From contig CAZRSA010000001.1 in NCBI GenBank assembly GCA_964602525.1, positions 20,024 to 84,023 of the forward strand: 64,000 nucleotides of DNA, read 5' to 3'. The stretch comes from an uncultured Woeseiaceae bacterium. Its GTDB lineage: Bacteria > Pseudomonadota > Gammaproteobacteria > Steroidobacterales > Woeseiaceae. Below the pieces are notes generated by a model. That model saw only the letters and a program-made list of their open reading frames with translations. It had not been told where the DNA came from and did no database searches. The position numbers and the translations under genes were made by a program. This document shows positions 51,536-62,368 of the stretch, piece after piece. Each line of letters opens with the position of its first letter. Positions within the stretch are counted from its first letter, which is position 1.

Positions 51536-54500
51536 CTAGTCGGCGGCGAGGGACAGGAGGGTGGCGTTGCCGCCAACGGCCGCGGTGTTGTTGCTGAGGC
51601 TGGTTTCGGTGGCGAAGCGCAGCAGGTAGTGCGGCCCGCCGGCCTTCGGGCCGGTGCCGGAGAGCCCCTGGCCGCCGAACGGCTGGGCGCCTACCACGGC
51701 ACCGATCATGTTCCGGTTGACGTACAGATTGCCCACCCGGGCCCATGCAGCGACGTCCCGCGCCCGCCGGTCGATGCGGCTGTGCACGCCCATGGTAAGT
51801 CCGTAGCCCGTGGCGTTCACGGCCTCCACCGTCTTGCGCAGGTCCCGCGCCCGATAGCGGTAGACGTGCACCACCGGCCCGAAGACCTCCCGGCCCAGCT
51901 GATCGATGCCGTCTATCTCGATGGCCGTCGGCGCCACGAAAGTGCCGGCGCCGGTGCCCTCGCCGAGCTGCGTGCGGTGCACGAGGGACGACTTCGCTCC
52001 CAGCTCGGCCACATGGCGCTCCAGCGTCTCCCGTGCCTCGGCATCGATCACCGGCCCCACGTCCGTGCTCAGCAGCCCGGGGTCGCCCACGCTCAGCTCG
52101 TCCATGTGCCCGGTGAGCAGCTCGATCACCCGCGGCGCGATGTCGCGCTGGACGCAAAGGATGCGCAGGGCCGAACAGCGCTGACCGGCGCTGTTATAGC
52201 CCGAATACACGGCGTCCTTCACCACCTGCTCCGGCAGCGCCGAGCTGTCGACCAGCATCGCGTTCTGCCCGCCGGTCTCGGCGATGAACGCCGCGATGGG
52301 GCCGGCCCGCTCGGCCAAAGTACGGTTGATCAGCCGCGCCGTCTCCGTGGAACCGGTGAATGCCACTCCCGCCACCCGCGGGTCGGCCACGGCCCGGGCG
52401 CCCACTTCCCGGCCCTCGCCCGGCAGGAAATTCAGCACCTCCCCGGGGACGCCGGCGCGGTGCAGGATGTCGACGGCACGCGCCGCGATCAGCGAGGTCT
52501 GCTCCGCCGGTTTCGCGAGCACCGTATTGCCGGCGGCCAGCGCCGCCGCCACCTGGCCGGTGAAGATCGCCAGCGGGAAGTTCCAAGGGCTGATGCACAC
52601 GAACGCGCCCCTGCCCTGCAGCCTAAGCTCGTTGCGCTCACCCGTCGGCCCCGCCATCGGCAGCGGCGCCCCGAACAGCTCCTCGGCGCGTGCGGCATAG
52701 TAGCGCAGGAAATCCACCGCCTCGCGGACCTCGCCCAGGGCATCGCCAATGCTCTTGCCCGCCTCGGCAACGCACAGCGCCATCAGCGCCGGTGCCTCCT
52801 CCTCGTAGAGATCGGCGGCGCGGCGGAGGCTGTCGGCCCGCACCCGGGCCTCCGTCGCATTCCAGTCGTACCAGGCGTCCGCGGCGACCCCCAGTGCACG
52901 GTCCACCGCCTCCCCGTCGGCATATTCGACGACCCCCACCGCCTCGCCGGTGCGCGCCGGATTACGCGACTCCACCGGCCGCCCTGCCAGGCTCCTGCCG
53001 CCCACCCGCGGACGCGCGTGATGGCTGCCGTCGAGGACCTGCTGCATCCGCGCGAGCCAGTCGCCCGTCAGGGCCCTGTCGGCGAGGTTGAGGCCGCGGG
53101 AATTGCGCCGCTCCTCGCCGTAGATAGCGGCGGGCAGCGGGATTCGCGGGTGGGGATACGACTCCAGCGCCCGGGCCGACTCCACAGGGTCCGCCACGAT
53201 CTCCTCCACCGGCGCCTCCTCGTCGACGATGCGATTGACAAAGGAGGTGTTCGCACCGTTCTCCAGCAGCCGACGCACCAGGTAGGGCAACAGGTCCTCG
53301 TGGCTGCCCACCGGCGCGTAAACCCGGCACGGCCGGTCGTAGCGTTCCGGGTCCACCACCGGGTCGTAGAGCTCCTCGCCCATGCCGTGGAGCCGCTGGA
53401 ACTCGTAGTCCCGCCGCTCGCCGGCCAGGTGCAGGATGCTGGCCAGCGTATGGGCGTTGTGGGTGGCGAACTGGGGATACAGCCGCTCACCGGCGTCCAG
53501 CAGTTCCCGCGCGCAGGCGAGATAGGACACGTCCGTGTTCACTTTGCGGGTGAACACCGGATAACCGTCCAGTCCCTGCTCCTGCGCCCGCTTGATCTCC
53601 GTATCCCAGTAGGCGCCCTTCACCAGCCGCACCGGGATGCGCCGGTCGGTGCGCGCGGCCAGCGCCGCCAGCCAGCGGATCACCGGCAGCGCGCGTTTCT
53701 GGTACGCCTGCACCGCGAGGCCCAGGCCGTCGTAGCCGGCCGCCTGGGTGCTCTCGGCAACCGCAGCGAAGACCTCCAGCGAGATCTCCAGCCGGTCGGC
53801 CTCCTCGGCATCCACCGTCAGCGGGATGCCCGCCTCCCGGGCCATCGCCGTCAGCCGCGCGAGTCGCGGCACGAGTTCGTCCAGCACCCGGGCCCGGTGG
53901 GTGAACTCGTAGCGCGGATGCAGCGCGGAGAGCTTCACCGAGATGCCCGGCGCGGCGATGACGTCGTCGCCCGCGGCACCGCCGATGGCCTCGATGGCGC
54001 CCGCATAAGCGTCGAAGTAGCGCCCGGCGTCCTCCGCCGTCAGGGCGGCCTCGCCCAGCATGTCGTAGGAGTAGCGATAGCGCCGGTTTTCGCCCTTGTC
54101 GGCCCGCTCCAGCGCCTCTTCGATGTCCCTACCCATCACGAACTGGTAGCCCATGATCTTCATCGCCTGACGCATGGCCTGGCGCACCACGGGCTCGCCC
54201 GCCTTGCCCGTCAGCTTGCCGAGGAACTTCGCCGGGTTACGCAGGGTCGCCTCGTCGAGCCGCATCAGCCGGCCGGTCAGCATGAGACCCCAGGTGGAAG
54301 CGTTCACGAACAGCGACTCGCTGCTGCCGACGTGCTCCTCCCAGCGTCCGGAAGTGAGCTTGTCCGCGATGAGCCGGTCGGCCGTGTCGGCATCCGGAAT
54401 GCGCAGCAGCGCCTCGGCGATGCACATCAGCACCACGCCCTCCTGGGACGAGAGATCGTACTTGTGCAGGAAGGCGTCCAGCCCGCCGTGCCGGCGTTCG

Positions 54501-54709
54501 GTCTCGCGCACCCGCGCGACCAGCTCGACGGCCGTCTTCCGCACGCGCGCGCGCAGCGCCTCGCCGGCGTCGGCCCGCTGCAGGAGTTCGCGCATCACGG
54601 CGGATTCGTCGCCGAGATAGCGCTCGTTGATGGCCCGGTCCAGCGGCGGCGCGGCGGCCGGCTGCTCCGGAAGACGCGGGCTCGGGCCCGCTGCGGTATC
54701 CCTGTTCAA
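51536..54709 (-). CDS. putA: bifunctional proline dehydrogenase / L-glutamate gamma-semialdehyde dehydrogenase
   Basis: 1057 aa. N-terminal PRODH barrel (YSYDMLGEAA, VKGAYWD) and C-terminal ALDH domain (FTGSTETA, EAGGQNAM..., catalytic GQRCSALR). Confidence 0.95.
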   Translation of the reverse strand: MNRDTAAGPSPRLPEQPAAAPPLDRAINERYLGDESAVMRELLQRADAGEALRARVRKTAVELVARVRETERRHGGLDAFLHKYDLSSQEGVVLMCIAEALLRIPDADTADRLIADKLTSGRWEEHVGSSESLFVNASTWGLMLTGRLMRLDEATLRNPAKFLGKLTGKAGEPVVRQAMRQAMKIMGYQFVMGRDIEEALERADKGENRRYRYSYDMLGEAALTAEDAGRYFDAYAGAIEAIGGAAGDDVIAAPGISVKLSALHPRYEFTHRARVLDELVPRLARLTAMAREAGIPLTVDAEEADRLEISLEVFAAVAESTQAAGYDGLGLAVQAYQKRALPVIRWLAALAARTDRRIPVRLVKGAYWDTEIKRAQEQGLDGYPVFTRKVNTDVSYLACARELLDAGERLYPQFATHNAHTLASILHLAGERRDYEFQRLHGMGEELYDPVVDPERYDRPCRVYAPVGSHEDLLPYLVRRLLENGANTSFVNRIVDEEAPVEEIVADPVESARALESYPHPRIPLPAAIYGEERRNSRGLNLADRALTGDWLARMQQVLDGSHHARPRVGGRSLAGRPVESRNPARTGEAVGVVEYADGEAVDRALGVAADAWYDWNATEARVRADSLRRAADLYEEEAPALMALCVAEAGKSIGDALGEVREAVDFLRYYAARAEELFGAPLPMAGPTGERNELRLQGRGAFVCISPWNFPLAIFTGQVAAALAAGNTVLAKPAEQTSLIAARAVDILHRAGVPGEVLNFLPGEGREVGARAVADPRVAGVAFTGSTETARLINRTLAERAGPIAAFIAETGGQNAMLVDSSALPEQVVKDAVYSGYNSAGQRCSALRILCVQRDIAPRVIELLTGHMDELSVGDPGLLSTDVGPVIDAEARETLERHVAELGAKSSLVHRTQLGEGTGAGTFVAPTAIEIDGIDQLGREVFGPVVHVYRYRARDLRKTVEAVNATGYGLTMGVHSRIDRRARDVAAWARVGNLYVNRNMIGAVVGAQPFGGQGLSGTGPKAGGPHYLLRFATETSLSNNTAAVGGNATLLSLAAD

Positions 54710-54750
54710 GATGATGCCCTTCGCTTGCGTGGGCCCGGGCCGGTCGCCGG

Positions 54751-55137
54751 TCAGGCCTTGCGATTCAGTCGCCGCAGCTCGCGCCGCGTGTGCTTGTCGG
54801 GTCGGCCGTCCGTCCGCGGCATCGCGCGGCGGTCCTCGCGCAGCGCCTCGACCAGCGCCTCGCGTTCCCGGCGGCTTCCCTCTTCCTCATGGTAGCAGGC
54901 CTCCGCCTCCCGAGCGGGTCCGCGGCGCGGCGGCAGTCTGGCCACCGTCAGCCGCCAGGTGAGACGGTCCCGGGTGATCTCCAGGCGGTCGCCCGCCTTC
55001 AAGGCGCGGGAGGACTTCACGCGCTCGCCGTTGACGCGCACGTGGCCGCCGGAGACGGCCTTCGCCGCCAGCCCGCGGGTCTTGAAGAAGCGGGTATGCC
55101 AGAGCCACTTGTCGATGCGCAGCCTCTGCTCGCTCAT
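54751..55137 (-). CDS. hslR: ribosome-associated heat shock protein Hsp15 (S4 RNA-binding domain)
   Basis: [37 protein letters not shown]. Start set at the ATG ending at 55137 (128 aa). Confidence 0.85.
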   Translation of the reverse strand: MSEQRLRIDKWLWHTRFFKTRGLAAKAVSGGHVRVNGERVKSSRALKAGDRLEITRDRLTWRLTVARLPPRRGPAREAEACYHEEEGSRREREALVEALREDRRAMPRTDGRPDKHTRRELRRLNRKA

Positions 55138-55228
55138 GCCGGTATTCTCGCTTGTCCGGGGCCCGCACTCCAGAGGCCGGGCCGGTATCACTGATATACT
55201 CCGGGCCAGCGTAACGAGGAGTATCGAC

Positions 55229-56428
55229 GTGAGAAAAGCGTTTCTGGCGTCGCTGGCGGAAGCGACCGAGGAACTGAAGGAGCAGGGCCTGTACAAGGAG
55301 GAGCGGGTCATAGCCGGACCCCAGCAGGCCGAGATCGACGTGCGCGAGGACGGCGACACCCGACACGTCATCAACTTCTGCGCCAATAATTATCTCGGTC
55401 TGGCCAATCACGCCCGCATCGTCGACGCGGCACGGCGCGCCATCGAAGAGCACGGCTACGGGATGGCCTCCGTGCGCTTCATCTGCGGTACCCAGACGGT
55501 ACACAAGGAACTCGAAGACCGTATCAGCACGTACCTGGGCACCGAGGACACGATCCTCTACCCCTCCTGCTTCGACGCCAACGGCGGCCTGTTCGAGACG
55601 CTGCTGGGCCCGGAGGACGCGGTGATCAGCGACGAGCTGAACCACGCGAGCATCATCGACGGCATCCGCCTGTGCAAGGCGCAGCGCCACCGCTACCGCC
55701 ACGACGACATGGCGGACCTCGAGAAGCAGCTGCAGGCGGCGAAAGACGCGCGGGTGCGGCTCGTCGCCACCGACGGCGTCTTCTCCATGGACGGCACCAT
55801 CGCCGATCTGGGGCGCATCTGCGACCTGGCCGACGAGTACGAGGCGCTGGTGATGATCGACGACTGCCATGCCACCGGCTTCCTCGGCGAGGAGGGCCGC
55901 GGCACCCACGAGTACCGCGACGTCATGGGACGGGTGGACATCATCACCAGCACCCTGGGCAAGGCGCTGGGCGGGGCCTCGGGCGGATTCACGGCCGGGC
56001 GCCGCGAGATCGTCGCCTGGCTGCGGCAGCGCTCCCGGCCCTATCTGTTCTCCAACACGCTGGCGCCGGTCATCGCCGCCGCATCCATCGAGGTGGTGAA
56101 CCTGCTCGAGACCGACAGCGGACTGCGGGACAAGCTGACCGCGAACGCGGAGTACTTCCGCAACCGCATGGAGGCGCTGGGCTTCGACCTGCTGCCGGGA
56201 GAGCATCCCATCATTCCCGTCATGCTGGGCGATGCCCGCCTGGCCGGACAGATGGCCGACCGGCTGCTCGCGCACGGCATTTACGTGATCGGTTTCTCCT
56301 ATCCCGTGGTGCCCCACGGCAAGGCGCGCATCCGCACCCAGATGTCCGCCGGCCACGACCGCGAACACCTCGACCGCGCCATCGACGCCTTCGCGGCCGT
56401 GGGCCGGGAACTCGGCGTCATCGGCTAG
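55229..56428 (+). CDS. kbl: glycine C-acetyltransferase (2-amino-3-ketobutyrate CoA ligase)
   Basis: [16 protein letters not shown], and PLP-Lys context [13 protein letters not shown] start is preceded by GAGGA. Followed by tdh. Confidence 0.9.
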   Translation: MRKAFLASLAEATEELKEQGLYKEERVIAGPQQAEIDVREDGDTRHVINFCANNYLGLANHARIVDAARRAIEEHGYGMASVRFICGTQTVHKELEDRISTYLGTEDTILYPSCFDANGGLFETLLGPEDAVISDELNHASIIDGIRLCKAQRHRYRHDDMADLEKQLQAAKDARVRLVATDGVFSMDGTIADLGRICDLADEYEALVMIDDCHATGFLGEEGRGTHEYRDVMGRVDIITSTLGKALGGASGGFTAGRREIVAWLRQRSRPYLFSNTLAPVIAAASIEVVNLLETDSGLRDKLTANAEYFRNRMEALGFDLLPGEHPIIPVMLGDARLAGQMADRLLAHGIYVIGFSYPVVPHGKARIRTQMSAGHDREHLDRAIDAFAAVGRELGVIG

Positions 56429-56446
56429 GCAGCAAGGACGGACGCT

Positions 56447-57475
56447 ATGAGGGCACTGGTGAAAAAGCTGGCGGAACCCGGAATCTGGCTCGAGGACATC
56501 CCGGAGCCCGAGGTGGGCCACAACGACGTCCTCATCGAGGTCGCGAAAACCGCCATCTGCGGCACCGACATCCATATCTACCAGTGGGACGACTGGGCGA
56601 AGAAGACCATCCCGGTACCCATGGCCGTAGGTCACGAGTTCAGCGGCCGCATTGTCGAGGTGGGCAGCGAGGTGCGGGGTCTCGAGCCAGGCCACCGGGT
56701 ATCCGCCGAAGGCCACATCACCTGCGGCGTGTGCCGCAACTGCCGCGCCGGCCGCCGTCACCTGTGCATCAACACCGTGGGCGTGGGCGTAAACCGCCCG
56801 GGCGCCTTCGCCGAATACATCGCGGTGCCCGCCTTCAACGTCTTCAAGCTGCCCGACGCCATTACCGACGACATGGCGGCAATCCTCGACCCGCTCGGCA
56901 ATGCCACCCACACCGCGCTGTCCTTCGACCTGGTGGGCGAGGACGTCATCATCACCGGCGCCGGCCCGATCGGCATCATGGCGGTGGCCATCTGCCGCTA
57001 CGCCGGCGCCCGCCACGTGGTCATCACCGACGTGAACGACTATCGCCTGAATCTCGCAAGGCAGATGGGTGCATCCGCGACCCTCAACGTCACCCGGGAT
57101 TCCGTCGACGACGCCATGGAGTCACTGGACATGACCGAGGGCTTCGACGTGGGCATGGAGATGTCCGGGCAGCCCTCCGCGCTGCGCGAGCTGCTCCGGG
57201 TCATGCATCACGGCGGCAGCGTGGCGCTGCTCGGCATTCCGCCGGAGGAGACCGCTGTCGACTGGAACCAGATCATCTTCAAAGGCCTGGTGGTGAAGGG
57301 CATCTACGGCCGCGAGATGTTCGAGACCTGGTACAAGATGTCCAGCATGCTGCAGAGCGGTCTCGACGTGCGCCCGATCATCACCCACCACTTCGCGCTC
57401 GCCGATTACGGCGAGGCGTTCGAGACCATGTCCTCCGGGCGCTCCGGCAAGGTCGTGCTCGACTGGCACGCCTGA
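56447..57475 (+). CDS. tdh: L-threonine 3-dehydrogenase
   Basis: [15 protein letters not shown], structural-zinc [21 protein letters not shown]. Confidence 0.95.
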   Translation: MRALVKKLAEPGIWLEDIPEPEVGHNDVLIEVAKTAICGTDIHIYQWDDWAKKTIPVPMAVGHEFSGRIVEVGSEVRGLEPGHRVSAEGHITCGVCRNCRAGRRHLCINTVGVGVNRPGAFAEYIAVPAFNVFKLPDAITDDMAAILDPLGNATHTALSFDLVGEDVIITGAGPIGIMAVAICRYAGARHVVITDVNDYRLNLARQMGASATLNVTRDSVDDAMESLDMTEGFDVGMEMSGQPSALRELLRVMHHGGSVALLGIPPEETAVDWNQIIFKGLVVKGIYGREMFETWYKMSSMLQSGLDVRPIITHHFALADYGEAFETMSSGRSGKVVLDWHA

Positions 57476-57551
57476 GGCCGGCACCCGAGGCCCGGGCCAC
57501 TCCTTCCCGTGTGCCGCTGGTGGAGCGCCGCCGGCGGAGCGGCCCCGACTC

Positions 57552-59408
57552 CTAGCGCAGCACGTCGCAGAAGCAGTCCGCGTACACGCCGCGGCGGTCG
57601 TTGAAGCGGGCGATGCCCTGCCAGGCCTCCTCCAGCGCCGTCACCAGCGGGGCCAGCGGTGAACCGCCGGCGGCGAAACCGAATTCCGCCACAGTGGGCC
57701 CGATGCGCGAGTTCAGCAGCTGCAGCAGGAATTCCTGACCCGGCGTAAGCGGCCGATCGACGTATTTTACACCGTACTCGTCCTCGGCCAGGCCGGCCCG
57801 CTCGGCCGCGGCGGCGATGGCATCGTCCAGGCCGCCGAAGCGGTCGATCAGGCCGAACTCCAGCGCGTCACGGCCGGTCCAGACCCGGCCCTCCGCGACA
57901 CGGGCAACCTCCTCGCGCTCCATGCCCCGCTGCTCGGCGATGCCGGCAACGAAATCCCGGTAGGTCGAATCCACGGTGATTTCGAACACCTCCCGCGCCT
58001 TGCCGTCCAGCGCCCGGTCCGGGCGCAGCGCGCCCGCCAGCGCGGTGGTGCCGACGCCGTCGGTGTTGATGCCGATCTTCTCCAGCGTGCGCTGGAAGGT
58101 GGGGAACATGCCGATTACGCCGATGGACCCCGTGATGGTGGTGGGTCGGGCCAGGATCTCGTCGCCCGCCGCGGAGATCCAGTAGCCGGCGGAAGCCGCC
58201 ACGCTGCCCATGGAGACGATCACCGGCCGGTCGGTCGCCTTGAAGGCCTGGATCTCGTCGAACACCAGCTCCGAGGCGAAGGTGCTGCCGCCGCCGCTGT
58301 CCACCCGCAGCACGAGCGCCTCCACCGACTCGTCTCCGATGGCCCGGCGGATCAGGTTCCCGGTGGACTCGCCGCCGATGCTGCCGGCGGGCGCATCGCC
58401 CTCCACCACCGGCCCCGATGCGACGATCACGGCCACGTTGCGCTCGCCCGCCGTGTCGCCGCGCAGCAGGCGCCGGGCGTCCACGTAATCGTCCAGGCCG
58501 ATGGACCGGTAGCTGTCCTCCTGAACCCCGTTGGCGCCGGCGATGCCGATCATGTGCTCACGGAACTCGGACCGGGTGGCCACCCGGTCCGCCAGGCCGA
58601 CCCGCACGGCCATGTCGGCGAAGCGTCCCTCGCTCGCCTCCAGTTCCTCGGGCAGGTTGTCCACGGCGGACTGCAGACGGGCGGCATCCAGGCCGCGGGC
58701 CGCGGAGACGCCGCCGAGCCAGGCCTGCCAGAGCTGGTCCAGCAGCTCCCGGTTGGCCGCCTTGGCGGGCTCCGACATGTCGTTGCGGGTGAAGGGCTCG
58801 GCCGCGGACTTGTAGGTGCCGGCGGTGAATACGTTCCAGTCGATGCCGAGCTCGTCGATGGCGTCGCGGAAATAGTTGCGATAGATGCCGTAGCCCTGCA
58901 GGAACAGGATGCCGCGATCCTGCAGCCACACCTCGTCGGCGTGGGCGGCGATGTAGTAGGCAGCCTGGGTGTAGACATTGCCCATGGCGATCACGGGCTT
59001 GCCGGAGGCCCTGAAGGTCTCGACGGAGTCGGCGACGGTCTGCAGCTTGGTCAGCCCGCCGCCGAGCAGGCCGTCCAGCTCCAGCACCACGGCCGGGATA
59101 CGCTCGTCCTCAGCGGCCCATTCGAGCGCATCCCGGATGTCGCGCAGCCGGGTCTGGCCGACGCCGTCGCCCATGGCCTCTGCCAGGGCGCGGTCCACGG
59201 GATCACCCTCGTACTCCTCCACGAGATACCCCTCCGGCGCGATCACCAGCGCCGCCTGACTGGGCAGTTCGGGCACCGGCGGCGACAGGGCCGTCACCAG
59301 CAGGGCGAACAGGAACAGCAGCACGAGCAGATGCAGGATCTTGCGGATGCCGTCCAGTCCCCGCCACAGCGCGCGCAGGACCTTCATCAGGGTTCTTCCC
59401 AGTGCCAT
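57552..59408 (-). CDS. sppA: signal peptide peptidase SppA, 67K type (tandem S49 domains)
   Basis: 618 aa, N-terminal TM segment, two ClpP/crotonase-like S49 repeats. MGSVAASAGYW carries the catalytic Ser context. Confidence 0.9.
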   Translation of the reverse strand: MALGRTLMKVLRALWRGLDGIRKILHLLVLLFLFALLVTALSPPVPELPSQAALVIAPEGYLVEEYEGDPVDRALAEAMGDGVGQTRLRDIRDALEWAAEDERIPAVVLELDGLLGGGLTKLQTVADSVETFRASGKPVIAMGNVYTQAAYYIAAHADEVWLQDRGILFLQGYGIYRNYFRDAIDELGIDWNVFTAGTYKSAAEPFTRNDMSEPAKAANRELLDQLWQAWLGGVSAARGLDAARLQSAVDNLPEELEASEGRFADMAVRVGLADRVATRSEFREHMIGIAGANGVQEDSYRSIGLDDYVDARRLLRGDTAGERNVAVIVASGPVVEGDAPAGSIGGESTGNLIRRAIGDESVEALVLRVDSGGGSTFASELVFDEIQAFKATDRPVIVSMGSVAASAGYWISAAGDEILARPTTITGSIGVIGMFPTFQRTLEKIGINTDGVGTTALAGALRPDRALDGKAREVFEITVDSTYRDFVAGIAEQRGMEREEVARVAEGRVWTGRDALEFGLIDRFGGLDDAIAAAAERAGLAEDEYGVKYVDRPLTPGQEFLLQLLNSRIGPTVAEFGFAAGGSPLAPLVTALEEAWQGIARFNDRRGVYADCFCDVLR

Positions 59409-59493
59409 GTTCTCACTCCTCGTCCGGCGCGGCTGCGCCGTGGTATCGAATGCGGCAGGCTGCGCCGGCGTGGCCGCCGCCCGCCGGCTGCGC

Positions 59494-60756
59494 TCAGGTG
59501 CCCGGCAGCAGCCACAAAGACAGCGCGGGCACGTACGTGATGATGATTACCGAAATCAGCAGAATCAACAGGAAAGGCAGCGTGGCCAGGTAGACGCGGA
59601 CGATCGGCTCCTCGAACCGGTAACTGGCGATGAACAGGTTCAGGCCCACCGGCGGGGTGAGATAGCCGAGCTGCATCGCCGCCAGGAAGATGATGCCGAG
59701 GTGGATCGGATGGATGTCGTACTGGGCGGCCACCGGCAGGATCAGCGGCACCACCAGCACCAGCGCGGAGAAGATGTCGAGTATGGCACCGAGGATCAGC
59801 AGGAAGACGAGCAGAAGCAACAGGAATGTCAGCGGCCCGCTGACGAACTGCTCCACGACGGCCAGCAGCTTCTGCGGCACCCCGGCGTCGATCATGATGT
59901 TCGTCGACGCGAGCGAGACGCCGAGGATCACCAGGATGCCCCCCACCAGCAGCATGGACTCACGCATGATGCGGGGCAGCTCGCGCAGGGGGATCTCCCG
60001 CAGCACCACGACCTCGACGAACACCACGTACAGCGCCGTCACCGCGGCCGCCTCCGAGACGCCGATGAGGCCGGAGTAGATACCGCCGAGCACCACCACG
60101 GGCAGCGGTATCTCCCAGGCCGACTCGCGCACGGCACCCGCCACTTCCCGCCAGGAGAACTCCGACAGCGGCTGGCGTTCGCGGCGGTTCACCCACAGGC
60201 TCCAGCCCGAGAGCATGATCAGCATCAGCAGGCCGGGCAGCACGCCGGCGCGGAACAGCTCGTCGATGGACTGCTGGGCGACGACGCCGTAGAGGATCAG
60301 CGGCAGCGAGGGCGCGAACAGCAGGCCCAGGCTGCCCGCGCTGGTCACCAGCCCCAGGTTGAAGCGCTCGGGATAGCCGGCCTGGGTCAGCGCCGGATAC
60401 AGGATGGCGCCCAGGGCGATGATGGTGACGCCCGAAGCACCCGTGAAGGCGGTGAAGAAAGCGCAGGCGGCCAGCGAGACTATTGCCAGACCGCCGGGCA
60501 TCCAGCCGAGCAGGGCCCGGGTAATACGCACCAGGCGGCGGGGCGCGCCGCTCTCGCTCAGGACGAAACCGGCGAAGGTGAACAGGGGTATCGCCAGCAG
60601 GAAGGGCATGGTGCCGACGCTGAAGAACTCGATGGTCACGGCGGAGAGATCGATGTCCGCCCGGTAGTAGCCCCACATGGCGCTCGCGGCGATCACGGCG
60701 AACAGCGGCGCCCCGAGCAGCGCCAGCACGAGCAGGATGATGCCGACCAGGATCAT
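59494..60756 (-). CDS. TRAP transporter large permease (DctM family)
   Basis: 420 aa polytopic. TGATG overlap with the small-permease stop. Start set at MILVGIILL. Confidence 0.9.
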   Translation of the reverse strand: MILVGIILLVLALLGAPLFAVIAASAMWGYYRADIDLSAVTIEFFSVGTMPFLLAIPLFTFAGFVLSESGAPRRLVRITRALLGWMPGGLAIVSLAACAFFTAFTGASGVTIIALGAILYPALTQAGYPERFNLGLVTSAGSLGLLFAPSLPLILYGVVAQQSIDELFRAGVLPGLLMLIMLSGWSLWVNRRERQPLSEFSWREVAGAVRESAWEIPLPVVVLGGIYSGLIGVSEAAAVTALYVVFVEVVVLREIPLRELPRIMRESMLLVGGILVILGVSLASTNIMIDAGVPQKLLAVVEQFVSGPLTFLLLLLVFLLILGAILDIFSALVLVVPLILPVAAQYDIHPIHLGIIFLAAMQLGYLTPPVGLNLFIASYRFEEPIVRVYLATLPFLLILLISVIIITYVPALSLWLLPGT

Positions 60757-61286
60757 CACGGCTCCCGGTAGCGCCAGCGGTTGGCAAGACGCAGCGCACT
60801 CGCGCCGGTGAACAGCAGATAGCGCCAGGCCATCAGGCCGAAGGCGATGGGCATCACGATCTGGAACCACCAGGCCGGCAGACCCCCGACGAGGCGGTCG
60901 CCGAACTCCCAGGCGCTGTAGACGAAGCGTCCGGAGTGCCAGGCCAGCAGGGCGCAGACGGCTGCGGTGAAGGCGTTGACCAGGACCTCGGAGGCGACCC
61001 GCAGTCCCGGCGACAGGAAGCGGGAGACCACGTCGATGCTGATGTGCTTGTTCGCCCGGCTGGCCGCGACGGCGCCGAACAGGGCCACCCACAGCACCAT
61101 CAGTTTCAGTACCTCGTCCGCCCAGATGAAACTGAAGTCGAAGGCGTTGCGGAGGATGATCTGGGTCGTGGCCAGCACGATCATGGCCGACAGCAGCACG
61201 ATGAGGACCAGGTCCTCCAGCCCCCGGCCGATGCGCTCGAGGCGCTCGCTCAGGCGCCCGCTGAGACGCCCGGGCGCCTCGGTCAC
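60756..61286 (-). CDS. TRAP transporter small permease (DctQ family)
   Basis: 176 aa, 4 TM segments, positioned between the SBP and DctM. Confidence 0.8.
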   Translation of the reverse strand: MTEAPGRLSGRLSERLERIGRGLEDLVLIVLLSAMIVLATTQIILRNAFDFSFIWADEVLKLMVLWVALFGAVAASRANKHISIDVVSRFLSPGLRVASEVLVNAFTAAVCALLAWHSGRFVYSAWEFGDRLVGGLPAWWFQIVMPIAFGLMAWRYLLFTGASALRLANRWRYREP

Positions 61287-62323
61287 GGGCTGTCGCCGTC
61301 CGCCTGCGCCGTCGGAGCGGCCTGCGCGCGGTATTCGGCGAGCAGCGCCAACACCTCGTCGAGCAGCTCCGGCGAGAGATAACCCTCTTCCGCCAGGCTG
61401 CGGTTGGCGGCCATCACCGGCTCGCGCCAGCGATCGATGGCGCCTGCCGCCGGCTCGACGAAATCCACGCCGGTGTTGGCCAGCGCCGCCAGGGCGTCCT
61501 CGTTGTCGGCCTGGTTAACGCGGTCGAAATTCTCGTAGACGCGGTTCATGACCTCGTCGACGACAGCCTGATCCGCCTCCGACAGGCGGGAGAACGCACG
61601 CTTGTCGATGGCCAGATAACCCAGCGTGTAGAGCAGCGGCAATTCGGTGAGATAGTCCACCTTTGTATGCCACTGCAGCACCAGCACCGCCACCGGCGGC
61701 GAGGCGACGATGTCGATCAGCCCGGTCTGGAGACCGGTCAGCACGTCGGTCACCGGCAGGGTTACCGGCGAGAGGTCCAGCGCTTCCATTGCACGGTAGC
61801 TGATCTGGTCGCCCTCGGGCACCCACACCTTCTTGCCCTTGAGGTCGTCCACGGAGCGCACGGGCGTACCCGACAGGAAGCGGGCGAAGCCGCCTCCTGC
61901 GAAGCCGAAGCTGACGAAGCCGGCCTCCTCGAGGCCCTCCTCGAGTTTCGGGTCGATGCGTTCGCGGACGTAGTCCACCTCGGCAGGAGTCTCGAACAGC
62001 AGCGGCAGGCCGTAGATGTTCAGGTCCGGGTAGTACTGCTCCATGCTGTTGGCGGTGAACACGCCGCCGTGCAGCTGGCCGATGCGGATCTTGCGCAGCA
62101 CTTTCTTGTCGTCGCCCATGACGCCGCCGCCGTAGAGCTTGATATTCACCCTGCCGTCGGTGCGTTCGGCGATCTCCGCGGCCGCGCGCCGCATGTCCTT
62201 CATCCAGGTGGAACCCTCGGGCGCGATGGTGGCGATCTTCAGGTCCACCGCCGCCGCCGGGCCGGCGAGGATCAGCAGCGCCAGCGTCTTCAGCGCGATG
62301 AGGGTGACGAGTCTCGAATTCAT
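61283..62323 (-). CDS. TRAP transporter substrate-binding protein (DctP family)
   Basis: Signal peptide. KIATIAPEGSTWMK... and the overall DctP pattern. ATGA overlap with dctQ. Confidence 0.85.
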   Translation of the reverse strand: MNSRLVTLIALKTLALLILAGPAAAVDLKIATIAPEGSTWMKDMRRAAAEIAERTDGRVNIKLYGGGVMGDDKKVLRKIRIGQLHGGVFTANSMEQYYPDLNIYGLPLLFETPAEVDYVRERIDPKLEEGLEEAGFVSFGFAGGGFARFLSGTPVRSVDDLKGKKVWVPEGDQISYRAMEALDLSPVTLPVTDVLTGLQTGLIDIVASPPVAVLVLQWHTKVDYLTELPLLYTLGYLAIDKRAFSRLSEADQAVVDEVMNRVYENFDRVNQADNEDALAALANTGVDFVEPAAGAIDRWREPVMAANRSLAEEGYLSPELLDEVLALLAEYRAQAAPTAQADGDSP

Positions 62324-62368
62324 GGCTGATGCACTCCCTGTGAGTGGCCCTTGCGTCCTCGGCAGGAC

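Noticed and set aside
51629-54895. 1088-aa ORF on the + strand spanning the whole putA locus
   Set aside because: It is exactly antisense to putA, which has unmistakable PRODH and ALDH motifs. Its translation is Arg/Gly/Pro/Ala/His-rich low-complexity sequence with no motif. Stop-free antisense frames are expected when third codon positions of the sense gene are nearly all G/C.
54887-57016. 709-aa ORF on the - strand across hslR upstream, kbl and tdh
   Set aside because: It is antisense to two well-supported enzyme genes, and its composition is typical of GC-rich antisense frames.
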